A DNA stretch of 44,933 nucleotides from Candidatus Taylorbacteria bacterium RIFCSPLOWO2_02_FULL_44_35 (GTDB lineage: Bacteria; Patescibacteriota; Minisyncoccia; Phycocordibacterales; DSPV01), in NCBI GenBank assembly GCA_001822695.1, contig MHSF01000021.1, positions 993 to 45,925 of the forward strand. Reading direction: 5' to 3'. The notes under the pieces were generated by a model. The model was not told the DNA's origin, did not search any database, and saw only the letters and a program-made list of their open reading frames with translations. This document shows, piece after piece, positions 33,605 through 42,867 of this stretch. The translations under genes and the position numbers were made by a program. The stretch's first letter is position 1. Each line of letters begins with the position of its first letter.

Positions 33605-33745
33605 ATGTCGTTTACCTATCATCCAAAAAAACGAAAACGCGCCAAGACCCACGGCTTTCTTTCCCGCCAAAAGACCTATGGTGGTCGCCGGGCGATTCGC
33701 GAGCGCCGGCGCAAGGGCCGAAAAAAACTTTCAACCTCGCGGTAG
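33605..33745 (+). CDS. rpmH: 50S ribosomal protein L34
   Basis: My translation: [46 protein letters not shown]. It is too short for the ORF track. Confidence 0.9.
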   Translation: MSFTYHPKKRKRAKTHGFLSRQKTYGGRRAIRERRRKGRKKLSTSR

Positions 33746-33750
33746 TTTTT

Positions 33751-34080
33751 ATGTTGCCTAAAAAACAAAGAGTTTCTAGGAAATTATTTGAGGCCGTTTT
33801 TCGTTCGGCCACCACTTTCAGTTCGCCCTTTTTTGTGTTGAAAATAAAAAAAGAGGAAGCGAGTCGTTTTGCTTTTTCTGTTTCGGTGAAAATTTGCCCC
33901 AAGGCGGTAGACAGAAACAAATTGCGCCGCCGCGGCTACGCGGCGGCGAGGAATCTTTTGCCCGAAATCAAAATCCCAACTATTTGTCTTTTTATCATCA
34001 AAAAAGGCGCCGAAAAATTAACTTTCCAAAAACTCCAAGAAGAAATAAAAAATATCTTACAAAAAGCTGGTATTGTGTAA
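33751..34080 (+). CDS. rnpA: RNase P protein component
   Basis: MLPKKQRVSRKLFEAV... and AVDRNKLRRRGYAA (the RNR motif), directly after rpmH. I chose the internal ATG at 33751. Confidence 0.85.
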   Translation: MLPKKQRVSRKLFEAVFRSATTFSSPFFVLKIKKEEASRFAFSVSVKICPKAVDRNKLRRRGYAAARNLLPEIKIPTICLFIIKKGAEKLTFQKLQEEIKNILQKAGIV

Positions 34081-34093
34081 ATTAAAAATTACG

Positions 34094-34186
34094 CAAATGA
34101 AGCCGCAGTAGCAAAATTTTTATACGCGTCGGAGCCCACCCCGCTTCGGGGAAGGGTAAAGCGGAAAAAATTTTGCTACTGCGGCG
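34094..34186. repeat. 20-bp-stem hairpin built from the 15748-type repeat, between convergent rnpA and jag
   Basis: gccgcagtagcaaaattttt (34102-34121) pairs with aaaaattttgctactgcggc (34166-34185). The loop contains cccaccccgcttcggggaaggg. Confidence 0.8.
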
Positions 34187-34212
34187 AAATGTCGAGAAAG
34201 AGTTTTGCGATA

Positions 34213-34686
34213 TCAACTTCCACTCTCCACATACTTAATCACCACCTTCCTATCTCGGCCGAAGCCGGTTGATTCGGTTTTGATGTCGGGAAATTCTTCC
34301 AACGCCGAGTGGACAATCATTCTTTCGTAAGGAGTCATTGGCTCCAACTCCATATTGGTTTTGAACGAGCGCGCCCGCCCAGCCATAATTTGCGCTTTCA
34401 TTTGTAATTCTTTTGTGTTGTTTTCAAAATAGCCGTTGATGTCTATGAAAAATTTAACGGGCGAGATTTCTGTTCCCACTTTTTTACCAACCATTCGTCG
34501 CGCCACCATCGTTAAAGCGCCCAAATGTTCGCCGTTAGCGCCGATTAAAACACTGGAATCATTGCTTTTGACTAAAAAACGCGGATGAGTATCTTTAGAA
34601 TCAGGCGCCAACTCCACACTTTCCCAATGCATATTCATTTTACCAAGAAGTTCTTTGATGGTTTGAATGATTAGTTCATTGTTCAT
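34213..34686 (-). CDS. jag: Jag/KhpB-like RNA-binding protein (KH + R3H domains)
   Basis: C-terminal MTPYERMIVHSALEEFPDIKTESTGFGRDRKVVIKY is an R3H domain. It lies directly downstream of yidC. Confidence 0.85.
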   Translation of the reverse strand: MNNELIIQTIKELLGKMNMHWESVELAPDSKDTHPRFLVKSNDSSVLIGANGEHLGALTMVARRMVGKKVGTEISPVKFFIDINGYFENNTKELQMKAQIMAGRARSFKTNMELEPMTPYERMIVHSALEEFPDIKTESTGFGRDRKVVIKYVESGS

Positions 34687-34706
34687 AATTTTTGTTAGCC
34701 CAGTTT

Positions 34707-35435
34707 TTAGAGGGGTTGGCCAGTTTTTAATTGTTTGCGGATAATTAATTCTTGAGCGACGGCAAAGATATTACTTGTTGTCCAATATAAAGCAATAGCG
34801 CCAGAAATGCTGTAAGCGATAAAGACCACCACAATGGGAAAAACATAACGCATTTGTAAGCCCATACTCCGCGCCAAATCGGCCTTGAAGTCGGGCTTGT
34901 CGCCACGCGGTTTAATCGGCGGCATTGCCAATTTTGCTTGAAAGAATTGGGAAACGCCGGCCAGAAGCGCCAACAAAATACTTTTTTGGGAAATATCCAA
35001 AAGCCCCAGAAAAAGCATATTAACTTTTTCTGGCGTTGGCACAAAAGAATAAAGCCAATCGGTGTTGATAGTTGGTAAACCGCCCTTAAAAAAAACATAG
35101 TATAAGCCGAAGATAATGGGGATTTGAATCAAAATTACCGCGAAACTGGAAAATGGATTAACATTGTGTTTTTTGTAAAGAGCCATCGTTTGGCGCGCCA
35201 GCTCTTCTTTATTGTTTTTAAATTGCTCTTTGATTTTGGCGGTCTCGGGTTCAATGGCTTTCATCGCCATTTGGGTTTTAACGGCTTTTTTAGATAGTGG
35301 AAAAAGCAAAAATTTGATGACGCAAGTCAAAATTATAACCGCCACGCCAACATCGGCAAATGGGGTGATATCAATCAAAAAAACCAAGCCGTTGTAAATC
35401 GGCTCGAAGATTGTGGTATGGAAGAAGCTTGCCAT
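34707..35435 (-). CDS. yidC: Membrane protein insertase YidC (short, Gram-positive type)
   Basis: FPLSKKAVKTQMAMKAIEPE, YKKHNVNPFSSF, PIIFGLYYVF and ALYWTTSNIFAVAQ are YidC/Oxa1 signatures. Confidence 0.9.
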   Translation of the reverse strand: MASFFHTTIFEPIYNGLVFLIDITPFADVGVAVIILTCVIKFLLFPLSKKAVKTQMAMKAIEPETAKIKEQFKNNKEELARQTMALYKKHNVNPFSSFAVILIQIPIIFGLYYVFFKGGLPTINTDWLYSFVPTPEKVNMLFLGLLDISQKSILLALLAGVSQFFQAKLAMPPIKPRGDKPDFKADLARSMGLQMRYVFPIVVVFIAYSISGAIALYWTTSNIFAVAQELIIRKQLKTGQPL

Positions 35436-35456
35436 TTACCAATTCTAGCTCAAATT

Positions 35457-36707
35457 TTATCTTATATCCAGAACCCAAGGAGTTAGGTCAATTTTATTCA
35501 TAAACAACAAAAAACTTTCACTTTCATTTAATAAGGGGTTTATGACATCAAGAGTTTTTTGGGCGAACGCTTCAGGTGAAATCAGGCGGTTAGTTTCGCC
35601 GGTGGCGGTGTTGATTTTCCAAATATCGTCGCTGAAAGCGATGCCACCCCGATACCAACAATCGGGGTAAGCGCAAGCCGGCACAACTTTCGGCACGGCG
35701 CAATAGAGATTTTCTCCTCCTTTGCTCCAGACGCATTTTTCGGGCAAGGTTTGAAGCGCCGAATCGGTTGAGCGATGCTCGGTTAGGTTATAGAGTTTGG
35801 TTCTGAAAGAATCGCTGACGCTTTCGGAATAAAGCGCCAATTTTTTGTCCGGTGACACCAGAATTGTCAGGCCGTTTTGTCCGCCCAGAATTTTACTTAA
35901 ATTGCCGTTGCTGGTGTTTAAGAAATAGGAAAAACCCTTAGCGCCGGCCGTTGGTTTGGTTGTCAAAACAATAGTCTTATTGTCGGCGAAAGCAGCCAAC
36001 CATTCGCTTAGCGGTGATTCAAAAATCAAGGTTTTTTTGCCACCGTCGGCATTGGCGAAAATACTCCCCACGCCACTGCCGGTCGGGTAAAGATAAAACA
36101 TTTTGCTTTTGTCGGGTGAAATAGTCAAAGCGGAAATTTTCTGCGGCAAATAGACGCCACTCAATTCTTTTTCGGTAGAGCCAGCCCCGCCAACGGCGGG
36201 GCTGGCATTGCCGGACAATTTGGCGGCAAAACTTTCAATCGTTTCATTGTCGTCTTTTAATTGGCGAGTGATGACCACATCGCCGGCGTTGCCCCAGATT
36301 GCCTCGTAAATTTTCGGTATGGTCTTATTGGAAATCCGATTGACGGTTAAGGTGTTGGTGAAAGTTTCAAAAATGTTGCCGTCAGCGCGTTGGATGTAGC
36401 GAATCAGTGTGCTTTTGGTTTTGTCGGTATTTACAATATCAAAAATACCCGCGCCGCCCACCGGCTCACTGGTGATCTGGCGCAATCTGGGAATAACAAC
36501 TCTTGCCTCGGTGCCAGAAGTAGAGGTGCCGGTCGATACCAAAGGCATTGGCGGCAAAACACCACCCGGTCCGAGCGGCAAGGTCGGCGGCACCGGCTCA
36601 CCTTCGCCATCTTTCATAAAGAAGAAATAGTAAGCGACACCCAAGGCAATTGCTACCAACAACACGGCGATGAAAATTATAATTAAGTTTTTTTTATTGG
36701 AGGACAT
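35457..36707 (-). CDS. Hypothetical membrane-anchored extracytoplasmic protein (416 aa)
   Basis: N-terminal TM helix and a Pro-rich linker, then repetitive beta-rich sequence (possibly propeller-like). It lies between the T4SS-like genes and yidC. Confidence 0.55.
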   Translation of the reverse strand: MSSNKKNLIIIFIAVLLVAIALGVAYYFFFMKDGEGEPVPPTLPLGPGGVLPPMPLVSTGTSTSGTEARVVIPRLRQITSEPVGGAGIFDIVNTDKTKSTLIRYIQRADGNIFETFTNTLTVNRISNKTIPKIYEAIWGNAGDVVITRQLKDDNETIESFAAKLSGNASPAVGGAGSTEKELSGVYLPQKISALTISPDKSKMFYLYPTGSGVGSIFANADGGKKTLIFESPLSEWLAAFADNKTIVLTTKPTAGAKGFSYFLNTSNGNLSKILGGQNGLTILVSPDKKLALYSESVSDSFRTKLYNLTEHRSTDSALQTLPEKCVWSKGGENLYCAVPKVVPACAYPDCWYRGGIAFSDDIWKINTATGETNRLISPEAFAQKTLDVINPLLNESESFLLFMNKIDLTPWVLDIR

Positions 36708-36734
36708 TTTGTTATTGTTTTTTATGTTGAGTTG

Positions 36735-37790
36735 TTATCGTGCTCCTTTATAACATACCCCCACCGTTCTTATTATAGTACCCGCCGATGCATCGCGAGA
36801 ATCAGTTTCAGCAGCTGCTTGGTCTACCCTTGTCCAATCTGTTTGGCAGTCTGTCTGTGACAAAAACGGCCCATCAGACCGCAAGGCGTCACTCCCATCT
36901 GCTTGACGTTGGTAATAGGAAAAATAATAACCATCAGCGATTATCCGATCCCGTATGGAATCGATGGTGTTTGTTTGAATTGTCTTAATTTGTTCTACCA
37001 GAGAACGCAATCGGTTTTGTTCAGTTCCACCCGCGTCTTCGGTGGTCGCGATATAATCGATATGGTCTGTTAATCTATCCAGCTCGTCGTTTATCTTACG
37101 ATTGAGAATCATCTTCATGGCTTGGGCGCCAACCAAATTACCACCCCCCAAAGCGATTTGTATACCATCCACTCGACTGTTAAAAGCCCCTATGGCCGAA
37201 ACCTCCTCACGCATTTCCTCGGCAATGTCCAACAGTCGATCTCTTTCCGCAGAATCACTCAGTTCATTAGCTGTAATAACTGCTTGGTTTGTTAGATTTC
37301 CCGCCTCCCTTATGTTTTCGAGAAGAGTAGTAAAAGTAGGAGCTGTCGTTACTGTTGGTGGGGCGGCAGGCGCAGTGATGGTGTCAATGTTGACATTAAA
37401 ATTGACCAACGAAGGGTTGATGGTAAATAAAATAATGTAAGAACCGAGCGCCAAGAGCAAACCGAGAACGGCGTCAAAAATCCACTTTTTGCCTTTGGCC
37501 TTGCCCCCAAGGGATTCCGAGCCCATATAGATAATGCCGCCGAGGACAATCATAATAATTGCCAAAACAGCGGCGATGCCGATGGTCAAATTGAAAGCGC
37601 CTTTGATGTAATTACCGGCGTTTTGCACGGCTGGTTTGCCGCCAACATCCGTGTCTGTAGTCCCTGGCAACGGCGCCAATGGCACATAAGGTGTTTGGGC
37701 GAAGACGGTTGTGAGTGCCAAAAGATTGGCAGTAATGAGTAAGGCCAAACCAATAGCAAATATTTTTTTATTAAAATGAGAGTAAGCCAT
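36735..37790 (-). CDS. T4SS pilin-like (VirB2/TrbC-analogous) membrane protein with a long C-terminal extension
   Basis: Signal peptide, then YVPLAPLPG...NYIKGAFNLTIGIAAVLAIIMIVLGGIIYMGSES...WIFDAVLGLLLALGSYIILFTINPSLV: two hydrophobic helices in the arrangement of the T4SS pilin family described for CPR and Gram-positive systems. ATG 37790 chosen. Confidence 0.5.
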   Translation of the reverse strand: MAYSHFNKKIFAIGLALLITANLLALTTVFAQTPYVPLAPLPGTTDTDVGGKPAVQNAGNYIKGAFNLTIGIAAVLAIIMIVLGGIIYMGSESLGGKAKGKKWIFDAVLGLLLALGSYIILFTINPSLVNFNVNIDTITAPAAPPTVTTAPTFTTLLENIREAGNLTNQAVITANELSDSAERDRLLDIAEEMREEVSAIGAFNSRVDGIQIALGGGNLVGAQAMKMILNRKINDELDRLTDHIDYIATTEDAGGTEQNRLRSLVEQIKTIQTNTIDSIRDRIIADGYYFSYYQRQADGSDALRSDGPFLSQTDCQTDWTRVDQAAAETDSRDASAGTIIRTVGVCYKGAR

Positions 37791-38802
37791 TGTTTTTTTC
37801 ACCGAAAGCGATATTAAGAGTTTTAGCGGCAAACTGGAAGATAGCTTTCAGGTGATTTATCCGGAGGGCGATGGCGGCTGTGCCGGCGTTTCCCCCAACT
37901 TGCCTCAAAGTGATTTGATTGTTTTCGCCGCCGGGCGAAACCGGCTGACTGTTCATTTGCCAAACAAAATTGAGTTTGGCGTCAGCTGCGGCAGTCGCGG
38001 CAAAAAAGTAAGGGACGGCGAAAAGATTAATTTCCTGTTCGGTTAGGGTTGCTGTGTCGGAGAGTTCCTTATTGAATAGAATTCCTAAGCGCGGATTGTC
38101 TTCATAAAAAGCGACTAACGGCGCTTGGGGCTGGGCGGTAATTGTCCCAAAAGCAGAAACCAAACCGTCCAAGGTTGAGACCTCCACCGAAACAGTGGTT
38201 GGTTTTAGGGGCACCGAACCTCTGGCCATTATGGTGTTTTTGCCGGCGCCGGAAGCGTCCTGAATTATTTTATAGTCCACCTTCCATTTGTAAATAAGTT
38301 CATCGTCGCTGAATCTTTGGCCATCCTTGATAATTTCCGGCAGGGCGATGACTTTAACGGGCGAGCCGTAACTGTAAAGCCGTTTGCCTTTGTAAAAAGG
38401 CGGGACATAGGAAGTTGGTTCCCAAATTAAGCTCACCTCGGCGGGCGTGATGGTTACGGTATTGTTTATTTTTGCTCCGTCTGTGGTTTCTATGGTAACT
38501 ATCAAATTAACAGATGCGCCGATTGCGCCGGTTTTGAAACTAAAACTTTTTTCGCCGACCGAGGCCTTTTCCAGCTCGCCGTTCACGAACCAAGAAATTT
38601 TTGAGCGGTCCAAATCAACACCAAGTCCTTCAAGAGTGGCTTTGACAGTTTGATTGGCGCCCGGCGATTCCGGCGAAAGATGAATAGTAACATCTCCGGC
38701 AGTGAGGTAGGACGGCAAAAGCTGGGCGCTAGCAAAAAGCGGCAAAATTACAAAAAGAGCGATTATTGTTTTATGAAAATTGCTAGCAGTCATCATGGTC
38801 AT
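37771..38802 (-). CDS. Hypothetical secreted protein (343 aa)
   Basis: N-terminal signal peptide (IIALFVILPLFASA), beta-rich. It lies directly downstream of the VirB4-like gene. Confidence 0.55.
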   Translation of the reverse strand: MTMMTASNFHKTIIALFVILPLFASAQLLPSYLTAGDVTIHLSPESPGANQTVKATLEGLGVDLDRSKISWFVNGELEKASVGEKSFSFKTGAIGASVNLIVTIETTDGAKINNTVTITPAEVSLIWEPTSYVPPFYKGKRLYSYGSPVKVIALPEIIKDGQRFSDDELIYKWKVDYKIIQDASGAGKNTIMARGSVPLKPTTVSVEVSTLDGLVSAFGTITAQPQAPLVAFYEDNPRLGILFNKELSDTATLTEQEINLFAVPYFFAATAAADAKLNFVWQMNSQPVSPGGENNQITLRQVGGNAGTAAIALRINHLKAIFQFAAKTLNIAFGEKNNGLLSF

Positions 38803-38830
38803 TTTAACATATCAAAAACATTAATTCATT

Positions 38831-38942
38831 AAATCCCCCGGCTTTCGCTTCGCTCAACCCACCCCCTTTTCAAGGGGGATTTCAGGTTATCCAATCTCCT
38901 TTGTAAAGGGAGTACCCGAGTCTGCGAGGGGGAGGGATTTTT
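38831..38942. repeat. Composite GC-hairpin repeat, modules Y then X (swapped order relative to 16828-16943)
   Basis: aaatcccccg[...]cccaccccctttt-caaggggga ttt ... atctcctttgtaaagggagta[cccgagtctgcgaggg]ggagggattttt. Module X supplies the last ~18 codons of the VirB4-like ORF (...SLPLADSGTPFTKEIG*). Confidence 0.8.
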
Positions 38943-41900
38943 CTCCCCCACCTCCCTCCGCCGCCTCCAGCTCTTGACGGGCTTTTTTGATGGCTAAAAT
39001 TTGCGACGGGTCGGAGGTGATAATTTGGTCTTCGGTATAGGAAGCGATGATTTTGATGGCCACATGTTTCAAGCCGGCGAAGAAAATCCCTTCCCCCACA
39101 TCCGATTCCAGCAACAGGAATTTTTCTTCATCGGTCAAATTAAAAATCTGCTGAATTTTATCTATTACCGAAGTGGACTGCTTTAACAAAATCTGAATAG
39201 ACGAGTTGGTGATAATCGGTAAGCCATAAGATGATTTCAAAAAATCATCCACATCCTGGGTAATGGTCGCCAAACCGAGAAAATATTTGCGGCCGCGTTT
39301 TGCCAGTGACAGCAAAAACGATGCCGTGTCCTCGGATTTCATCATCCACCAAGCCTCATCAATCACCAACAGCCGTTTTTTTAATTTTTTCCTGATGGCG
39401 TTCCAAATGAAGTGGGTAACGATATACATCGCCACCGGTTTCAACTCCTCTTCCATATCGCGCAAGGAGAAAACAACGAACTTGCCGTCTATGTCAATGT
39501 TGGAAGGCTGGTTGATGAAACCGGTCCAAGTGCCGTGAGTATATTTGGCGAGCCGCTGGACGAGCGCTTCACCGCCTTCCATTCCCGCCAGCACCATTTC
39601 AAAATCGGACATCAGCGGCGGTTCAACGGCCGCGAAATCGCTGTCAATGTTAATATCTTTTAAAGCGTAGGTTTCGGTAATCGCTCGGTCAGTAATTGAG
39701 TCCTCTTCCGGCGACAAACCGCCGAGCATTATCCGGAACAAGCCGACTAGGTTGATGATGTGGGAACGCAGGACATCGGCCGGCGACTCGTCTTCGCGCG
39801 CCACCGGCAGTTCAAAGGGGTTGATGTGGTGTTCGGAAGTCAGTGAAATGTTGAAATACTTTCCGCCGGTGGCGTTAGCCATATATTCATATTCTCGTTC
39901 CGGGTCAAGCACCAAAATATCCACATCAAACATCAGCGAGCGCAGAATTTCCAATTTAGTCATATAGGAATTGTGAACAAACATTCCGGCGTAACCAGCC
40001 GCGAACACTTCGTTATCCACCGTCAAATCATACACATATTTTTCTTTGTGATTTTTGATTCTCTCAACCCTGACGATGGGGTCCCAAAACAAATCGGCGT
40101 TGGCGAGTTTTTCTAAGGTAGCGATGATTATTTCCGCTTTGGGTAAAGCCGTTGCCAATTTCTCGTAATATTCCATTATTCTTTCAGCTGCCACCCGCAA
40201 GGTTTCGTAAGAAGTATTGCGTTGGGGCATTTGATTGATGGTAACGCCAAGATGGCGGTCAATACTTTTCAGTGGCAAATTTAATTTGTGGCAACCGGTG
40301 GCAATTGCCATTTTTACTTCCCCAACCGTGGGACTGGCGTTATCCAAAACAGACATCAAAGCGAAAGCATTTTGAGCGAGCGGGGCGAATCTTTGGTTTT
40401 TCATAACTGACCAGCTAGTGCCAAGAGTTTGCCAAAGGCGATGATTGATAATTTTATCAGTGCTGGCCTCACTAAGCATTTTTTCCAGTGGCGGTAAATT
40501 AACCAAACATTTGAGCCCAGTTTCCATTTCCCTGAAGGTGACCAATTTTTGTTTGAGTAGCTTAATCACACGGCTTAGCCGGCGTGGCGAGGGATTACTT
40601 TTGCCAGTTCTCAAAACATTGATTTCCGGCAAGCCTCGGGTGGCGAACGGGAAGACGACATTGAGTTCCTCAATCAAATTTCTAACGGTTGGAATGACAT
40701 CAACATTAGTGTTGCTTTCGGCTCTCTCGGCAAGTTGGTGGTTTAAGCCGCATTTTCTTTCGGAAACAAAGCCGATGTTTTTGGCAAAACAGGCAACATT
40801 TTCTTTTCCTGAAATCGCGAGTTGCCAGTATATTCTTTTTCTTCCAGTCATCGGATTTTTCTTGCGGCGGGCTTTAACCCTAGCGATAACATCAAAATAG
40901 AGTAATAGATAGGAGAGATCCGAAATCAAATTTTTTGATTTGGAAACCGCGGAAATAAGATTTTTTTCCACTCCGCCGTCGCCTTCAAAATAGGAAGCGA
41001 GATAAGCAGCAATAATTTTTCGTTCAGAACCGAAGAGAAACGGCGGCACTCGTTTGTCGGCGGATTTACCTCCAACGCCAAGCACTTTAATTAATTGCAG
41101 AAATGGCCGGCTGGCAGCGACAATTCCTCGATTGGCTTCAAAACAGGAGACCGCCAAATTTTCAAATGCTTTTTTGATGTCAGCGATAACTTCTTTGTCC
41201 GTGTTGCTTATCATAATTGCGGTTTCGGTAATTGTTCCTTCCGAAGTGATATAACCGAGGATTTTGGCAAAGTCCTCGGTGATTGGAAAAATAACAGGAA
41301 GTCGGCCGCTGCCGTTGGCGGTAACGATCTCAAGTTTTTGTAATCGGTCATTATTAATTTCTAATCCAATTTTTTTGATGACTTTGAAAAAATAATCAAG
41401 CGGCATTCTCCGGCCGACGCGGTATTTGTAAAGGTATCGGTCAAAACGGTTATCAATCGCACCCCCGGTAATATTTTTGTAATTCTTGTTTATTATTGAA
41501 TCGGCCCCGACGACATAAAGTTTTTCATCTTTTAGCAATTCCAGCAAATTGAAGTTTTTGTTTGGATTTTCCGGCGGTGCGATAAGCCGCGGCAGAGGCG
41601 TCCATTCGCCAACGGCGACATCGGCACTTTTTGTCGCCGCCACCCGACCGTTTTTGATAACCAGCATATTATGGTCGCCGGTGGCCGTAATCATCCGACC
41701 GCTTTGGGTTTGGAATTTGTAAAAAACAACAGGGGCGATTTTTCTGGCGGCAACTGAGACCTCGCTCCACTCGCCCTTCAGTTCTTTGTTGAAACTCCAA
41801 ACTTCAATGGCAGGACTGTGGACACCTTCCAATTCTTCGTCACGGTAAGTAATGCCGTGTTTTTTTATGGAGTCGTCTACAATTTCTTTAATCGGACGAA

Positions 41901-42741
41901 GATTGATGACGCCGTTTTCTTTGGCTAAGACCACTTCATTTCCATGAATGCTTTTACCCGAACCCGATTTGGCGAAAACAATGGAGTTAAAATTTTCTAA
42001 CGAGAAGCGGTCAAACAAAACCAGCGAGGAATTGTGGCGGTTGATGCCGTAGAGGACGCCTTTGTCGGAAGTCAGGTCAAAAGAGACGAAAGGAAAAATA
42101 CCGGACAAGGGCGAGGAATTTAACTTGGTATGAACCAAAAGCTCGTCGTCAGCGGTGGGAATGACGCTGCGGAAACCTTGTTCCTGCTGGAACAGCGCCG
42201 GTTTCAAATAGACCAATTTGGATTCCAACATTGATTTGATTTCCGATTCCAGACGATTGAGTTCGGTTTCATCGTCGGCGAAAATGGAAATGTAAAGGCC
42301 GACGTCAAAAATTTTCTCGGTCGCTTGCTGGAGGGCGTCGCGCAAATTTTCCAAGTCCTGATAAGCGGTGTCCAGTTTCGGGTCGCGCACCATACCCTTT
42401 TCTTCCCGCAAGTGAATTTGGCTCTGGACTTCGGCGACTTTTTTCTGGAATTGGCGCAAAACACGAGAAGTTTCCACCGGATGAATAAAAATGGAAACAT
42501 TAAAAACTTTGTCCAGATTGATGATCGGTGTGAACCAGCTTTCGGACAAGTAGCGCGGATAGGAAATGACGAAGAAAGTCCGAATCAGTTTTTCGCCCAA
42601 GTTAATTTCTTTCGGGTTAACCTTGAAGGCCGACGGGGCGATGATGTCCCGCAATTCCAAAACGCCGGCCTCGTAAATTTCCTGCGGCAAAACCGGCGCA
42701 ACCGGCAATCTATTTTTTTTGAAGATATCAAGAAATCCCAT
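38887..42741 (-). CDS. virB4: VirB4/TrsE/TraC-type T4SS ATPase interrupted by an intein (1284 aa precursor, 623 aa after splicing)
   Basis: N-domain typical of Gram-positive VirB4 homologues. Walker A FAKSGSGK|S...|SYMTKLEIL is split by the intein. Walker B RLLVIDEAWWMM, then GRKYFLGLATITQ. Confidence 0.85.
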   Translation of the reverse strand: MGFLDIFKKNRLPVAPVLPQEIYEAGVLELRDIIAPSAFKVNPKEINLGEKLIRTFFVISYPRYLSESWFTPIINLDKVFNVSIFIHPVETSRVLRQFQKKVAEVQSQIHLREEKGMVRDPKLDTAYQDLENLRDALQQATEKIFDVGLYISIFADDETELNRLESEIKSMLESKLVYLKPALFQQEQGFRSVIPTADDELLVHTKLNSSPLSGIFPFVSFDLTSDKGVLYGINRHNSSLVLFDRFSLENFNSIVFAKSGSGKSIHGNEVVLAKENGVINLRPIKEIVDDSIKKHGITYRDEELEGVHSPAIEVWSFNKELKGEWSEVSVAARKIAPVVFYKFQTQSGRMITATGDHNMLVIKNGRVAATKSADVAVGEWTPLPRLIAPPENPNKNFNLLELLKDEKLYVVGADSIINKNYKNITGGAIDNRFDRYLYKYRVGRRMPLDYFFKVIKKIGLEINNDRLQKLEIVTANGSGRLPVIFPITEDFAKILGYITSEGTITETAIMISNTDKEVIADIKKAFENLAVSCFEANRGIVAASRPFLQLIKVLGVGGKSADKRVPPFLFGSERKIIAAYLASYFEGDGGVEKNLISAVSKSKNLISDLSYLLLYFDVIARVKARRKKNPMTGRKRIYWQLAISGKENVACFAKNIGFVSERKCGLNHQLAERAESNTNVDVIPTVRNLIEELNVVFPFATRGLPEINVLRTGKSNPSPRRLSRVIKLLKQKLVTFREMETGLKCLVNLPPLEKMLSEASTDKIINHRLWQTLGTSWSVMKNQRFAPLAQNAFALMSVLDNASPTVGEVKMAIATGCHKLNLPLKSIDRHLGVTINQMPQRNTSYETLRVAAERIMEYYEKLATALPKAEIIIATLEKLANADLFWDPIVRVERIKNHKEKYVYDLTVDNEVFAAGYAGMFVHNSYMTKLEILRSLMFDVDILVLDPEREYEYMANATGGKYFNISLTSEHHINPFELPVAREDESPADVLRSHIINLVGLFRIMLGGLSPEEDSITDRAITETYALKDINIDSDFAAVEPPLMSDFEMVLAGMEGGEALVQRLAKYTHGTWTGFINQPSNIDIDGKFVVFSLRDMEEELKPVAMYIVTHFIWNAIRKKLKKRLLVIDEAWWMMKSEDTASFLLSLAKRGRKYFLGLATITQDVDDFLKSSYGLPIITNSSIQILLKQSTSVIDKIQQIFNLTDEEKFLLLESDVGEGIFFAGLKHVAIKIIASYTEDQIITSDPSQILAIKKARQELEAAEGGGGEKSLPLADSGTPFTKEIG
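39970..41952 (-). mobile_element. 661-aa intein with a LAGLIDADG homing-endonuclease domain, inserted after the Walker A lysine
   Basis: Begins S-IHGNEVVL (Ser1). Block B is ITATGDHNMLV. LAGLIDADG blocks are AKILGYITSEGTI and AAYLASYFEGDGGV. Blocks F/G are YVYDLTVDNEVFAAGYAGMFVHN, followed by Ser+1. Removal restores GSGKSY. Confidence 0.85.
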
Positions 42742-42750
42742 TTATTTAAA

Positions 42751-42848
42751 AAGTTCCAAGTTCCAAATCACAAGCTCCAAACAAATTTCAATATTTAATA
42801 TTAAATTTTAATTATTGTTTGGAATTTGGATTTTGTAATTTGGAATTT
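42751..42848. repeat. Family B palindromic element, copy B3
   Basis: aagttccaagttccaaatcacaagctccaaacaa - atttcaatatttaatattaaattttaatta - ttgtttggaatttggattttgtaatttggaattt. 42771-42830 is identical to 43991-44050 (60 nt). Confidence 0.85.
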
Positions 42849-42867
42849 ATGCCTTTATTTTACCATT

